DNA of 48,255 bases from contig JBKPCR010000213.1 of assembly GCA_046727435.1 (NCBI GenBank), positions 1-48,255 of the forward strand, written 5' to 3'. A program made the translations under genes and the position numbers. The DNA comes from a bacterium (GTDB lineage Bacteria; Tectomicrobia; Entotheonellia; J063; CAVPRW01). Below the pieces are notes generated by a model that saw nothing but the letters and a program-made list of their open reading frames with translations, was not told the DNA's origin and did no database searches. Of this stretch, positions 8,445 to 18,346 are shown in pieces; the first letter of the stretch is position 1, and every line of letters starts with the position of its first letter.

Positions 8445-9422
8445 TCACGGCTGCACCAGGGCCAAGAACGCTGGATCCGAGCGAAGGCCCTGGAAATCGT
8501 CATCCTGTTGCGCCTCAGACGCCAGCGCAGGGTTTAACGCAATGGCCTTGCCTAACCATTGCACGGCGTGTGCCCCATCGCCCAGGTGGGCATAGGCGGC
8601 GGCGAGGTTGTAACAGGCGTCGCTGAACTGCGGGTTGAGCCGGATGGCCTCCGTGAACGGCTCAAGGGCCCCCTGGTAGTCCTGGCGCCGGAGCAACAGG
8701 GTGCCAAGGTTATAATGGGCAGTGGCATACGAAGGGTTCAGGGCGATCGCCCGCTGAAAGGCGGCCACCGCCCGCTCGTACTCTCTCAGCCCTGCATGGG
8801 CAAGCCCCAGGTTCAAGAAGGTCGTCGGATCCTTGGGGTCAAGCATCCTCGCCTGTGTGAGGACCTCAACGGCCGAACCGAACCGCTGTTGTTTCACCAA
8901 GAGGTTCCCAAGCCGCACGTAGGAGGCTTGGTGGCCGGGGTCAAGGGCGAGCGCTCGCTTGAAGAGCGCCTCGGCCTCGTCGAAGCGACCGTCGTTGAGC
9001 TGGATCACCCCGAGGTTGTAATACGCCCTCGTGAGCCGGGGATCGAGCCGAACCGCTTCGACAAACGCCCTGCGGCCCTCCTCGGTCCTCCCAAGCTGCA
9101 GGAACACGACGCCCAGATTCAGATGGGCCGGGGCAAAATCGGGCTTAAGGGCGACGGCTTTCCCCAAGTGCTCCTCGGCCTCGTGCAGGTTCCCGACCTG
9201 GAAAGACAGCAGGCCGGTCTCATATTGGAGCTGAAAATCATGAGGCCGGAGCCCGGCGGCTTGATGGTAAAGATCCGCCGCGACATGCAGCTGCCCCGCG
9301 TTCCTCGACCGCTCCGCTAAGGCCACGAGCCTCTCAGCATTCTCGGCCGAGCTGCAGGCCAACGGGCCGCAGAGCACGAGGAGCCAGAGATACCGTTGCC
9401 ACCGCTGAGGCTTTCCCGTCAT
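8445..9422 (-). CDS. Tetratricopeptide-repeat lipoprotein
   Basis: Signal peptide with lipobox PLAC. Repeated AHLNLG/AYYNLG TPR units. C-terminal DDDFQGLRSDPAF cap. Confidence 0.88.
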   Translation of the reverse strand: MTGKPQRWQRYLWLLVLCGPLACSSAENAERLVALAERSRNAGQLHVAADLYHQAAGLRPHDFQLQYETGLLSFQVGNLHEAEEHLGKAVALKPDFAPAHLNLGVVFLQLGRTEEGRRAFVEAVRLDPRLTRAYYNLGVIQLNDGRFDEAEALFKRALALDPGHQASYVRLGNLLVKQQRFGSAVEVLTQARMLDPKDPTTFLNLGLAHAGLREYERAVAAFQRAIALNPSYATAHYNLGTLLLRRQDYQGALEPFTEAIRLNPQFSDACYNLAAAYAHLGDGAHAVQWLGKAIALNPALASEAQQDDDFQGLRSDPAFLALVQP

Positions 9423-9466
9423 CAGGCATCTCCGAGATGTGTCCAGTGGTTCCGGGTGACTGCCCG

Positions 9467-10807
9467 TCAGTAGAGGTACGGCGATAAGGCGGCCCAGGCC
9501 TGCATGACATCCTGGAGGGCATCCAGGTAATCGAGCCGCACCCTGGTCCAGTCCCTGCGAATGGGCAGGAGTTCGGCGAGGCTGATATCGCCGCTGGCAT
9601 AGCGGGTCTCGGCGCTGCGCAAGACGTTCTCGGCGCGTGGTAGAACCTCGTCGCGCAGCAGCGTGGCGGCGGCAGTGGCGGTGGCCAGTGTCCGGTAGGC
9701 CGTCTGCAGCTCCTGCGCTAACGCGTTCCGCGCGGAACGGGCTCGGGCTTCGGCCGCCACAAAATCGGCCCTGGCCTCACGTATACTGCCCTGATAGCGG
9801 TTGAACAGGGGGATCGGCAGCCGCAGGCCGACATCGACCGTGTTCTCCACATCACCGACCCGTCGGTACAACAGCTCGACGCTCACATCGGGGATCCGTT
9901 GGCTGTCAGCCAGATCGATGCGGGCCCGCTGCACCGCGATGTCCGCGTCCGCGGCAGCGATAAATGGGCTTTGCTCGAGACGTGTGGCCAGCGCTTCCAG
10001 GGTCGGGAGTGCCAGCGGCCCCTCTAACGCGCCCTCCAGGGATTCCACGTGTAACGTCGGATCGCCGATCGCGGTGACCAGGGCCTCGACGGCCTGTGCA
10101 CGCCCGGACGTGGCTTGCTCCAGCGCCAAGCGGGCTCGACCCCACTCCACCTCAGCTTGGCCAACTTCCGCAGGAATGGCATCTCCAGCGGCCAGGCGTG
10201 CCTTGGCGACGGCTACCCCGTTCTCGGCGATTTGGACATCTTCAGCCCGGGCCTGGATGACGCGTTGCCAGTACAGTACGGTAGCAAAGGCGCTCTGCAC
10301 ACGCCTGCGGATCTCCAGGCGCTTCACCTCCAACTCGAGCCCCAGACGGTCCCGATCGAGCGTTTCCACACGGCGGGCGACGGCGAGTCGCTGGCCTAAA
10401 GGAGCGGGTTGACTGACGCCGACGAGATACTCTGCCCGCTCGAGGGTCTGCCCGCTGACGGGGACCGACTCGATCCGGCTCACGAGCTCAGGGTTTGGGA
10501 AGAGCCCGGCCTGCAGGGCTCTTCCTTCGGCACTCTCGACCTGGGCCTGGGCAGTGGCCAAATCAGGATGAACACGTTCAGCGAGCTCTAGAGCCTGCGG
10601 CAGCGTCAAGCGCTCGATGCTCCGCTCATGGCGCGGCGAGGCAGACGGCGACATGAGACTGGCCGCCGCCACGGGAGTGGCCATGACATGAGGCTCCGTC
10701 ACAGGCAGGGCGCGACGAGCTTGGGGAAGAAGCTCCGGTGCGGGCGTTAGGGCGCAGCCGGCCATGAGAGCAGGCAGCGTCGCGACCCACCACAGCAACG
10801 TTTTCAT
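9467..10807 (-). CDS. czcC: CzcC/TolC-family outer-membrane efflux factor
   Basis: Lipobox MAGC. QAGLFPNPEL and LPIPLFNRYQG motifs. Coupled to the RND gene. Confidence 0.85.
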   Translation of the reverse strand: MKTLLWWVATLPALMAGCALTPAPELLPQARRALPVTEPHVMATPVAAASLMSPSASPRHERSIERLTLPQALELAERVHPDLATAQAQVESAEGRALQAGLFPNPELVSRIESVPVSGQTLERAEYLVGVSQPAPLGQRLAVARRVETLDRDRLGLELEVKRLEIRRRVQSAFATVLYWQRVIQARAEDVQIAENGVAVAKARLAAGDAIPAEVGQAEVEWGRARLALEQATSGRAQAVEALVTAIGDPTLHVESLEGALEGPLALPTLEALATRLEQSPFIAAADADIAVQRARIDLADSQRIPDVSVELLYRRVGDVENTVDVGLRLPIPLFNRYQGSIREARADFVAAEARARSARNALAQELQTAYRTLATATAAATLLRDEVLPRAENVLRSAETRYASGDISLAELLPIRRDWTRVRLDYLDALQDVMQAWAALSPYLY

Positions 10808-13800
10808 CGGGGACCCCCTTCCTGAGCCATCTGCACCGGCCGGCCGAAACGCAGGTAGAGCGCTGGAACGATCAGCATATTGAGCAACATCGAGGTCAGC
10901 AGTCCGAACAGGATGACGATGGCCATCGGCGTTTGAATCTCGTTGCCGGGCTTCTCGCCGCTGATGGCCAAGGGGATCAGCGCTAACCCCGCCGCCAGGG
11001 CCGTCATCAGGATGGGGGCCAGCCGTTCCATCGCGCCGCGGAAGACGGCTTCGCGGAAATCGGTCACCCCTTCGTGTGCCTGCAAATGGCGAATGTGCGA
11101 TACGAGCATGATGCCATTGCGGGTCGCGATGCCAAACACCGTAATGAACCCGATCAACGACGCCACCGAGAGCACGCCGCCGGAGATGAAGACGCCGGCA
11201 ATGCCGCCAATGAGCGCTAGCGGCAGGTTCACCATCACGAGCACGGCATCGCGCGCGGAGCCGAAGGCAAGATGCAGGAGGAGGGCGATCCCGAGGACGA
11301 CAGCGATGCCGAGCACGCCGAGAAGACGCCCGGCCTCTTCGGCGCTCTCAAATTGCCCGCCATAAGCCACAGCATAGCCAGGCTTTTCGGCAATGATGGG
11401 ATCGACGCGTTGCTGCATATCCTTCACCACCGAGGCCACGTCGCGTCCTGCCACATTGCACATCACGACGATTTTGCGCTCCACCTGTTCGCGGCTGATG
11501 GTATTGGGCCCAGTGGTCTTGCCGACCTGCGTGAGGACTTGCAGGGGGATCTTCGCGCCATCGGGCGTGTCCACCAGGAGGTGGCCGAGCGTCTCCGGGT
11601 TCCATCCCTCAGCTTCCGCCTGGCGCACCACCAGATCGAAGGCGTATCGCCCTTCCAGGATACGCGACACGGTGACGCCTTGCAGCGCGGCTTCGAGGGT
11701 GTGGGCTACATCTTCGACCATCACCCCATACCGCGCCATGGCTTGGCGGTCGAACCGCGCGCCGAGAATCGGCACGTCGATCTGTTGCTCGACCGACACG
11801 TCCACGGCGCCGGGAACGGTGGCTACGACCTGGCGGACTTTTTCGCCAAGGGCGCGCAGGGTGTAGAGGTCCTCGCCGAAAATTTTGACGGCGATATTCG
11901 CCCGTGTGCCCGACAGCATGTGATCGATCCGGTGCGAAATCGGCTGCCCGATCGTGATGTTCGTACCGGGGATGAGCGAGAAGTCCCGACGCAGGGCATT
12001 GAGGAACTCCGTTTTGCTGCGATCTCGCATGACAAGCGACACATCGAGTTCTGCTGCTTCGACGCCTTGCGCGTGCTCGTCGAGCTCGGCGCGGCCAGTC
12101 CGACGAGCGACAGAGACCACCTCCGGATGGGCCAGTAAGGTTTTCTCGACCACGCGCCCGAGGGCATCGGATTCGGGCAAGGAGGTGCCTGGGAGCGTGA
12201 CGGCACTGATGGTCAGGGAGCCTTCGTTGAAGTCCGGCAGGAAGGCGCGGCCCAGGAAGCTGGAGGCGATCACCGCGACGCCAAGCAGGAGGATGGCCGG
12301 GATCGTGACCAGCCATGGAAACTGCAGCGAAGGGTTCAGAATGGGGGCATAGCCCGATTTCAAGACGCGGACGAGTGGCGGCTCGCGGCCCGTTCGGACG
12401 GCTTTGCTACCAGGGAGCAGAAGGTAACAGAGCACGGGGGTGACGGTCACGGCCACGGCAAGCGAGGCGAGAATCGAGACCACATAGGCGGTGCCGAGCG
12501 GCCTGAGGAGTCTCCCTTCCACCCCTGCTAGGAAGAACAGGGGGAGGAACACGAGGATGATAATCAGCGTCGCGAAGACGATCGACGACTGGATCTCGAC
12601 GCTCGCCTCATAGACCACCTGGAACACAGACCGGCGCTTGTCTGCGGGGAGCATGACGTTTTCGCGCAGCCGCCGAAAGACGTTTTCCACGTCGATCACG
12701 GCGTCGTCGACCAACGCCCCGATGGCAATGGCCATCCCGCCCAGCGTCATCGTGTTGATCGTCGCACCGAAGGCCTGCAAGGTGAGCACCGCCGTTAACA
12801 GCGACAGTGGGATCGCGGTCAGCGTGATGAAGGCGGCCCTGAGGTTGGCGAGAAAGAGGAAGACGATGGCGATGACCAAGATCCCGCCGTCACGCAGGGC
12901 ATGAAAGACGTTCTCGATGGCGATTTCGATAAAGTCCGCCTGACGAAAGACCTGTTGAATCCGCATGCCTTCGGGGAATTTCCCCTGCAGCTCAGCGAGG
13001 ACCGCCTCTAAGGTGCGCGTCAAGGTGAGCGTGTTCGCTCCGGGTTGCTTCTGGACGCCAAGGATGACCGCTGGCTGCGCATTGATGGATCCCTCGCCTC
13101 GTTTGGGGGCGGCATCGATGCGCACGGCCCCGAGGTCCGACACGCGGATGGGAATGCCGTCTACCGCCGCCACAACCGCGGCGCCGATGTCCTCGGGCGT
13201 GCGCATGCGGCCAAGGCCGGTGACCAGGTATTCCGAGCCGCCGGCGATCAAGAAGCCGGCGGAGACATTGGTGTTCGAGGCGGTGAGGGCTTGGGTGACC
13301 TGTTTGAGGGACACGCCATAGGCGCGCAGTTTGGACGGCGCCAGGATGACCTGATACTGTTTCTCCCCGCCGCCGATCGGTGTGACCTGGGACACCCCTG
13401 GCACGGAGAGGAGCCGACGGCGGAGTGTGGTTTCGGCGATGGTGCGCAGCTCGATTGGACTGTGCCGATCAGACGTCAACGCCAGGAAGAGGATCTCCCC
13501 CATGATGGACGAGATGGGGGCCAGGATGGGTCGCTCGACCCCTGGCGGGAGATCTGCCGCGATCAGGGACACCTTTTCACTGACGATCTGACGGGCCGCG
13601 TAAATGTCCATGCCCCAGTCGAACTCTACCCAGACCACGGAAATGCCCACTGCGGTCGACGAGCGCACCCGCCTCACGCTCGATGCCCCGTTCACCGCTG
13701 TTTCGATCGGGAAGGTGACCTGGCTTTCCACCTCCACCGGAGCCATGCCATGGGCCTCGGTGATGACGGTCACGGTAGGGGCCGTGAGGTCTGGAAACAC

Positions 13801-13911
13801 ATCGACCGGCATCCGACGCGCGGTGTATACGCCGATCGCAGTCAGCACAAGTGCCAGCGAGATGATCACCGCCCGGTTGCGGAGAGACCAGCGAATCACG
13901 GAATCGATCAT
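10804..13911 (-). CDS. czcA: Heavy-metal efflux RND permease (CzcA/CusA/NrsA family)
   Basis: 1035 aa. VDVFPDL, LGGMAIAIGALVDDAVIDVEN, RRTGRAE and ERLAPILMTA motifs. Metal specificity cannot be determined from the sequence. Confidence 0.93.
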   Translation of the reverse strand: MIDSVIRWSLRNRAVIISLALVLTAIGVYTARRMPVDVFPDLTAPTVTVITEAHGMAPVEVESQVTFPIETAVNGASSVRRVRSSTAVGISVVWVEFDWGMDIYAARQIVSEKVSLIAADLPPGVERPILAPISSIMGEILFLALTSDRHSPIELRTIAETTLRRRLLSVPGVSQVTPIGGGEKQYQVILAPSKLRAYGVSLKQVTQALTASNTNVSAGFLIAGGSEYLVTGLGRMRTPEDIGAAVVAAVDGIPIRVSDLGAVRIDAAPKRGEGSINAQPAVILGVQKQPGANTLTLTRTLEAVLAELQGKFPEGMRIQQVFRQADFIEIAIENVFHALRDGGILVIAIVFLFLANLRAAFITLTAIPLSLLTAVLTLQAFGATINTMTLGGMAIAIGALVDDAVIDVENVFRRLRENVMLPADKRRSVFQVVYEASVEIQSSIVFATLIIILVFLPLFFLAGVEGRLLRPLGTAYVVSILASLAVAVTVTPVLCYLLLPGSKAVRTGREPPLVRVLKSGYAPILNPSLQFPWLVTIPAILLLGVAVIASSFLGRAFLPDFNEGSLTISAVTLPGTSLPESDALGRVVEKTLLAHPEVVSVARRTGRAELDEHAQGVEAAELDVSLVMRDRSKTEFLNALRRDFSLIPGTNITIGQPISHRIDHMLSGTRANIAVKIFGEDLYTLRALGEKVRQVVATVPGAVDVSVEQQIDVPILGARFDRQAMARYGVMVEDVAHTLEAALQGVTVSRILEGRYAFDLVVRQAEAEGWNPETLGHLLVDTPDGAKIPLQVLTQVGKTTGPNTISREQVERKIVVMCNVAGRDVASVVKDMQQRVDPIIAEKPGYAVAYGGQFESAEEAGRLLGVLGIAVVLGIALLLHLAFGSARDAVLVMVNLPLALIGGIAGVFISGGVLSVASLIGFITVFGIATRNGIMLVSHIRHLQAHEGVTDFREAVFRGAMERLAPILMTALAAGLALIPLAISGEKPGNEIQTPMAIVILFGLLTSMLLNMLIVPALYLRFGRPVQMAQEGGPR

Positions 13912-13923
13912 GGCTCTTTCCTC

Positions 13924-15591
13924 TCAATGGGCATGCCCATGCGCTGGAATCGCCGCCGACACTGACGCCAGGCGAATGGCATAGGCACCTTTGGTGACCA
14001 CGCGCTCGCCCTCGGCAAGCCCCGAGAGGACCTGGACGAAGGCGCCGTCGCGAATGCCCAGCGTCAGGTCGCGCTTGGCAAAGGTCTCACCGGCAACCTG
14101 GACGAAGGCGACTGCCCTGCCGTCTTCGTCGACCAACGCAGAGACAGGCACGACCAACGCCTCTTCAACCTGCGCCGTCTCCACATACACATTCAGCGCC
14201 ATGCCGATGCGCAGGCGCCCATCAGGATTGGGAACCTCATACACCAGGGGAAGGGTGCGGGTTTTGGGATCGACGGTAGTCCCGAGGTAGACGAGACGAC
14301 CTCCGCCGTTGCTGAGAATGGGCGCAAAGGTGCCTGGCGCGTCCGAGGTTTCGTAGGTCGCTCCGCGGGACGACCCGAGGCGGCTGAGGTCCCCCTCGGG
14401 GATCTGGGCTTCGATCAGGACACCCTCGGGGTTGAGAATGGTGAACACGGCCCCGTCCGAGGGCACATGCTCACCGACGGTCGCGCTGACGGCGATGATG
14501 ACACCAGCGATGGGGGCCTTCAGTTCGACCGCGGGCATCCCATGGCTCAGGTCGACCGATCGCGGGCGGTCCGCGAGCTGCTTCTTGGCTCTCTCATAGG
14601 TCTTTCGCAGCGCCTCAGCTGCGGTCAGGTCGGCCTCGGCCTTGCGCTGATCAAACTCTGCTTCCTCCAGTTCTCGTGCCGACTTGGCGTTCTGTTCGCG
14701 CAGTGCGCGCATGCGGCGCAAGACCTGCTCGGCTTGATTGAAGGCCACGCGCGCTCTGATGGCGTCGGCCTCGGCGGCAGCGGCTTTCACAGTCAATTCC
14801 ACGTCAAGGGCCTGGAGCTGCTGCTGGCTGCTAAGGAACGTCACCAGATCGGAACCTGCCAGGTGCGGTTGCACCATCGCGAGCACCTGCCCGGCCTGCA
14901 CGCGAGATCCGAGGGACGGCAGGGAGGCGCCAGGTGGAGACATGAGATGCCCGGCGATTGGCGGCGTCACGGCGGCGCGATGGCCTGGTCGAACGGACAC
15001 GACACCGGCGAGTCGGAGCCGTTCAATCACCTGTCGCCTGTGCACTGCCTCGGTTTTCGTAGATAATTTCCATTGCTGCTCTTTGAGAAAGCTGATGCCT
15101 TCGGGTGCGGCAGGGTCTGGGGCCATCGCCATCTCCTCGCGCGTGGCGAAGACGGTCAAGGGGGGCAACTCGACGATGTACTCCTGGCCCGCGGAGGGAA
15201 TGCGGAGAGACACGATCCACTCGCCAGGCCTCGGAAAGGTGAGCTCTGGGATATAAATGCCATCGCGTGCGGGGGTGGGCTCGACGTGGGTGATCGGCGC
15301 CTCGGAATCACGGCGGAGGATGAACGTCAGGGGCCCCTCCCGCCGGGGTTCGAGGGTCGTCAGATCGGTGACATGCGTGATGAATTTGGTCGGGGTATTG
15401 ACCACGATCAACCGGTATTCGAGGAAAATCTCAAATCGGTCACTCCAGACTGTCACCTGGGCCGTTTTCTCTTCCGCTTCCGTTTCCGCGCCCTCTTGGG
15501 AGGTCTCTAGGCGGCCACACGCGGCAACTAGGAGCGCGCAGAGTATGATCCAGGCCCGGAGATTCACGATGCTGATAGGGGTGAGGCTCAC
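13924..15591 (-). CDS. czcB: RND periplasmic adaptor (CzcB-like) lipoprotein
   Basis: LKAPIAG, VDPKTRT, LRIGM and GLAEGERVV motifs. C-terminal HGHAH. Lipobox VAAC. Confidence 0.9.
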   Translation of the reverse strand: MSLTPISIVNLRAWIILCALLVAACGRLETSQEGAETEAEEKTAQVTVWSDRFEIFLEYRLIVVNTPTKFITHVTDLTTLEPRREGPLTFILRRDSEAPITHVEPTPARDGIYIPELTFPRPGEWIVSLRIPSAGQEYIVELPPLTVFATREEMAMAPDPAAPEGISFLKEQQWKLSTKTEAVHRRQVIERLRLAGVVSVRPGHRAAVTPPIAGHLMSPPGASLPSLGSRVQAGQVLAMVQPHLAGSDLVTFLSSQQQLQALDVELTVKAAAAEADAIRARVAFNQAEQVLRRMRALREQNAKSARELEEAEFDQRKAEADLTAAEALRKTYERAKKQLADRPRSVDLSHGMPAVELKAPIAGVIIAVSATVGEHVPSDGAVFTILNPEGVLIEAQIPEGDLSRLGSSRGATYETSDAPGTFAPILSNGGGRLVYLGTTVDPKTRTLPLVYEVPNPDGRLRIGMALNVYVETAQVEEALVVPVSALVDEDGRAVAFVQVAGETFAKRDLTLGIRDGAFVQVLSGLAEGERVVTKGAYAIRLASVSAAIPAHGHAH

Positions 15592-15756
15592 CGCTGTGTT
15601 CTCCTCTGCTCTTGGGCTCTATCCCGGTGACCACACGTGGTGTTTGGGATGGGCGCTCTTCATTGGGGCATCAAGAGATGCGACTAACCGGCAATCGACG
15701 CCCACCACGCGCGAGGGACGGCTGGTGGTGTGCCGATCAGCGAAAGGGGCGAGCGC

Positions 15757-16146
15757 CTACGAGAGGAGAGAACAGTGTTGGAGGAAGAGTGGGGCAGGCG
15801 GGGGAGGATGTTCGAGGATTTGACGATACACAGGAGTGCTACCTACGAGAGGCTCTGTAGCCGCCCACGGCAAGCCATGAATGGCCACCAGGGCCATCGA
15901 GTGCGGTGGGGCGTCTGAGCCTGCTGTGGTGGTATACCACTCGAAGTGACAGTGGGTGTCCGCGTCATGATGAGAGGGATCAAGTACGCCTGATGGCTCA
16001 TGCGTGTTCTCATCACCGACGACAGGAAAGGCGCCTAGATGGGGGATGAAGACAGAACCCCGGTGTCCGCCGCCCCTGTGGTCAACGACGACGTGGGTGG
16101 AGGTCAAAAGGAAAGCCATCATCACCACAAGGCTCGGAACGCGCAT
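15757..16146 (-). CDS. Small His-rich exported protein heading the czc operon (CzcI/DUF2946-like)
   Basis: Hydrophobic N-terminus, HHDADTHCH, C-terminal HPPPPAPLFLQHCSLLS. First gene of the operon. Confidence 0.65.
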   Translation of the reverse strand: MRVPSLVVMMAFLLTSTHVVVDHRGGGHRGSVFIPHLGAFPVVGDENTHEPSGVLDPSHHDADTHCHFEWYTTTAGSDAPPHSMALVAIHGLPWAATEPLVGSTPVYRQILEHPPPPAPLFLQHCSLLS

Positions 16147-16153
16147 AGCATGT

Positions 16154-16183
16154 AGAATAGCCGAGCGATAGTCTGGAAGTCAA
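16154..16183 (-). promoter_or_regulatory. Sigma70-type promoter giving a leaderless transcript
   Basis: TTGACT (16183-16178), 18-bp spacer, TATTCT (16159-16154), then 7 nt to the A of ATG 16146. No SD sequence. Confidence 0.6.
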
Positions 16184-16240
16184 GAATCGGGATGGCCGGG
16201 TAGTGACTCAGTTTGAAATTTCAGGCTTGGCGGACGACAG

Positions 16241-16432
16241 ATGGACGAATAAGCCCGCGCGACTGAGCCAATCCTCTGCGAAATCAAGAATGGCTGGGCA
16301 GTCTTAGGACATGGATGGGCGGTTCATGGACGCACGAAAGAGCAGGCTCTCCAAAAATATCATGAAGCGGAAGCGAAGCACCGTGAGATTGACCAGCGCC
16401 CGTTTTGGCATGAACAGCTTCGACAAGTCTGA
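16241..16432 (+). pseudogene. Small ORF with an early stop, weakly HicB-like
   Basis: MDE*ARATEPILCEIKNGWAVLGHGWAVHGRTKEQALQKYHEAEAKH... The GxTxEQAL motif resembles the HicB N-terminal domain. Confidence 0.3.
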
Positions 16433-16843
16433 GCGAGATATGCTACCCTCATTGGAAGGGATCAGAAATCGATAGGACAAACGAGGTATCCGGGAACCTT
16501 GTCCACGGATGTGAACGGTTTATTCTGCAAATCCCTCAACGCTACTCATGCTCAGCGCCTATGAGCCGAGCCAGATAGCCGCGTGGAGGGAACCACATTG
16601 TAGGATTTGCAGGAAGGCTGTCCTCAGGCGTCTCCCGAATACGCAGGCCGTCTGCGTGAGCTATCGGCGGCATCGCTGTGATGACGCGTATCCGGCCATC
16701 TCTTGGGTCATCATGGGATACGCGCTGTGGCGTTGGCATGGAATATGCTGCTCAAGGGAGTTATATCTGTACTCGTTCAACTCTGGCCGTATCGCAGTGA
16801 TGAAAGCCCGGTAGGCATCCGGGCCACGTGAAAGGGCGGAATT

Positions 16844-17320
16844 ATGATCACCAAACATGTCGTCTGGCGGTGTCTGTGCATGGTGCTGTTGCTGGTGTCG
16901 ATGGTCGCAACCCCCGCCGTGGCCGACCCGGGGAAAGATGAGGCGCACGGCAAAGAGGGAAAGGGGAAACACGAGAAGCACCGGTCGAAGCCGAAAGACT
17001 GGGAGTCTCACGGGTATGACGGCTACTTCCACGAGCATGGGTATACCACGCTCGGCATTCCCCCAGGTCATCTGCCCCCGCCCGGCAAATGCCGCCTCTG
17101 GTATCCCGACCGGCCGCCGGGTCATCAACCGCCTCCAGAGAGCTGTGGGCGCCTGCGCGCGCACGCGCCTGTTGGCGGTTGGCTCATCCACCGTCCCAAG
17201 CACGAACCTCACTACGTGGATGTCTCCGTGTATGATGCGTATCAGCCCGGCATCGTCATCACCATCGGCATCTTTGACGTGGATACCGGCGCCTTCTTGC
17301 GCCATCTCAGACCACGCTAA
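16844..17320 (+). CDS. Secreted His/Lys-rich, Pro-rich hypothetical protein (passenger)
   Basis: Signal peptide ending AVA. HGKEGKGKHEKH. IPPGHLPPPGKCRLWYPDRPPGHQPPPESC motif. Confidence 0.8.
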   Translation: MITKHVVWRCLCMVLLLVSMVATPAVADPGKDEAHGKEGKGKHEKHRSKPKDWESHGYDGYFHEHGYTTLGIPPGHLPPPGKCRLWYPDRPPGHQPPPESCGRLRAHAPVGGWLIHRPKHEPHYVDVSVYDAYQPGIVITIGIFDVDTGAFLRHLRPR

Positions 17321-17714
17321 CATCTGGCTGGGCACTGAACGAAGCATGACTGACGCACTTCCTCCATACCAGCGTGAGCGCGGCGACCCCCATACCCACG
17401 CGTGCCACTGCGAGCAACTCAGTAACCAGCCCTACATAGCCATGCGAATGTAGGAAGTCCCTCACCGCCTTATTGCACCAACCCATGCATGTGAGCTAAG
17501 ATAAATTTCAAACTGAGTCACTACCGATGGCCGCATCAACGTTTACCCACCCTCCTCAGTGCCCACGAGAGTTTCGAGGACTCGCGGATGAAGGCTTCTC
17601 CGATGGAATTGGAGAAATTTTGTACGCTCGTGTGACCCGCCCCATGTGCGTGAGGTCACATGCGTCCGTGGCTGCCATTCTGCGGCATTGTGTAGCGTCT
17701 GCTGCACGTCTGCT

Positions 17715-17820
17715 GAGGGCCACATAGCGGTGAATTTGGCTGGTGAGATGCGCAAGGTACGGCAGATGTCCGCCACGGTCAGACGTCGATCCCCATAGAG
17801 CGTGTAGGCCATCTGCACCC
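17715..17820 (-). pseudogene. C-terminal HTH remnant of a serine resolvase/invertase
   Basis: VQMAYTLYGDRRLTVADICRTLRISPAK, then IHRYV in a shifted frame, resembling the resolvase HTH ending ISR.TLYRY. Confidence 0.55.
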
Positions 17821-18087
17821 GTGGTTCCTCTGGTTGGATTTGAGGCAGAGTCTCTGTTGCGTGCTTCCCCAGACGGGAGCGACAAACGGTGGTGCCTCGG
17901 CGCACCCAGATCCTCCTGTGGAGAGGCTGGTGGCACGAGCATCACTCGATCTTCTTCATCCATGGCCCGGCACCCAGTATCGCCATGTTCATCGACGGTG
18001 GTGAGCGGAACTCATGACCTACTGTTGGGGAGTTGCTTGTGTAGTCCCGCGAGTCGGCTCGAATGGCAGACAGGCCGTCACCACGCT

Positions 18088-18315
18088 TCAATGCCGAGAT
18101 CGACGCCGGAACAGGGCGTACAATGGGCCGAGCCACACGGCGAGCAATCCCAGATGCTTGATCACCACCAAAATAATCACGCCCGACACGACTGTGGCTG
18201 ATAGGGCCGTATGCGGCAACACGTAGGACAGGATGATTGCGTGACTGGCGATGAGCACGACGACTCCCACCGACAGCCTCAACGGGCGCGTCAGCAGGCG
18301 GCGATGTCCTTTCAT
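18088..18315 (-). CDS. Small membrane protein
   Basis: 75 aa with two hydrophobic segments, directly downstream of the methyltransferase. Confidence 0.55.
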   Translation of the reverse strand: MKGHRRLLTRPLRLSVGVVVLIASHAIILSYVLPHTALSATVVSGVIILVVIKHLGLLAVWLGPLYALFRRRSRH

Positions 18316-18346
18316 GGATTCGATCCTTTGGTGGCAATGGTCGTGA

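Larger units (their letters stand above)
16199..17525. mobile_element. Non-autonomous IS1-like element with passenger gene
   Basis: Perfect 23-bp IRs GGTAGTGACTCAGTTTGAAATTT (16199-16221 and 17503-17525). 8-bp direct repeat GATGGCCG (16191-16198 and 17526-17533). No transposase motif seen inside. Confidence 0.88.

Noticed and set aside
16548-16814. 88-aa ORF with CxxC inside the IS1-like element as an InsA zinc-finger remnant
   Set aside because: No second CxxC at InsA spacing, no HTH or InsB motifs, and no clear RBS.
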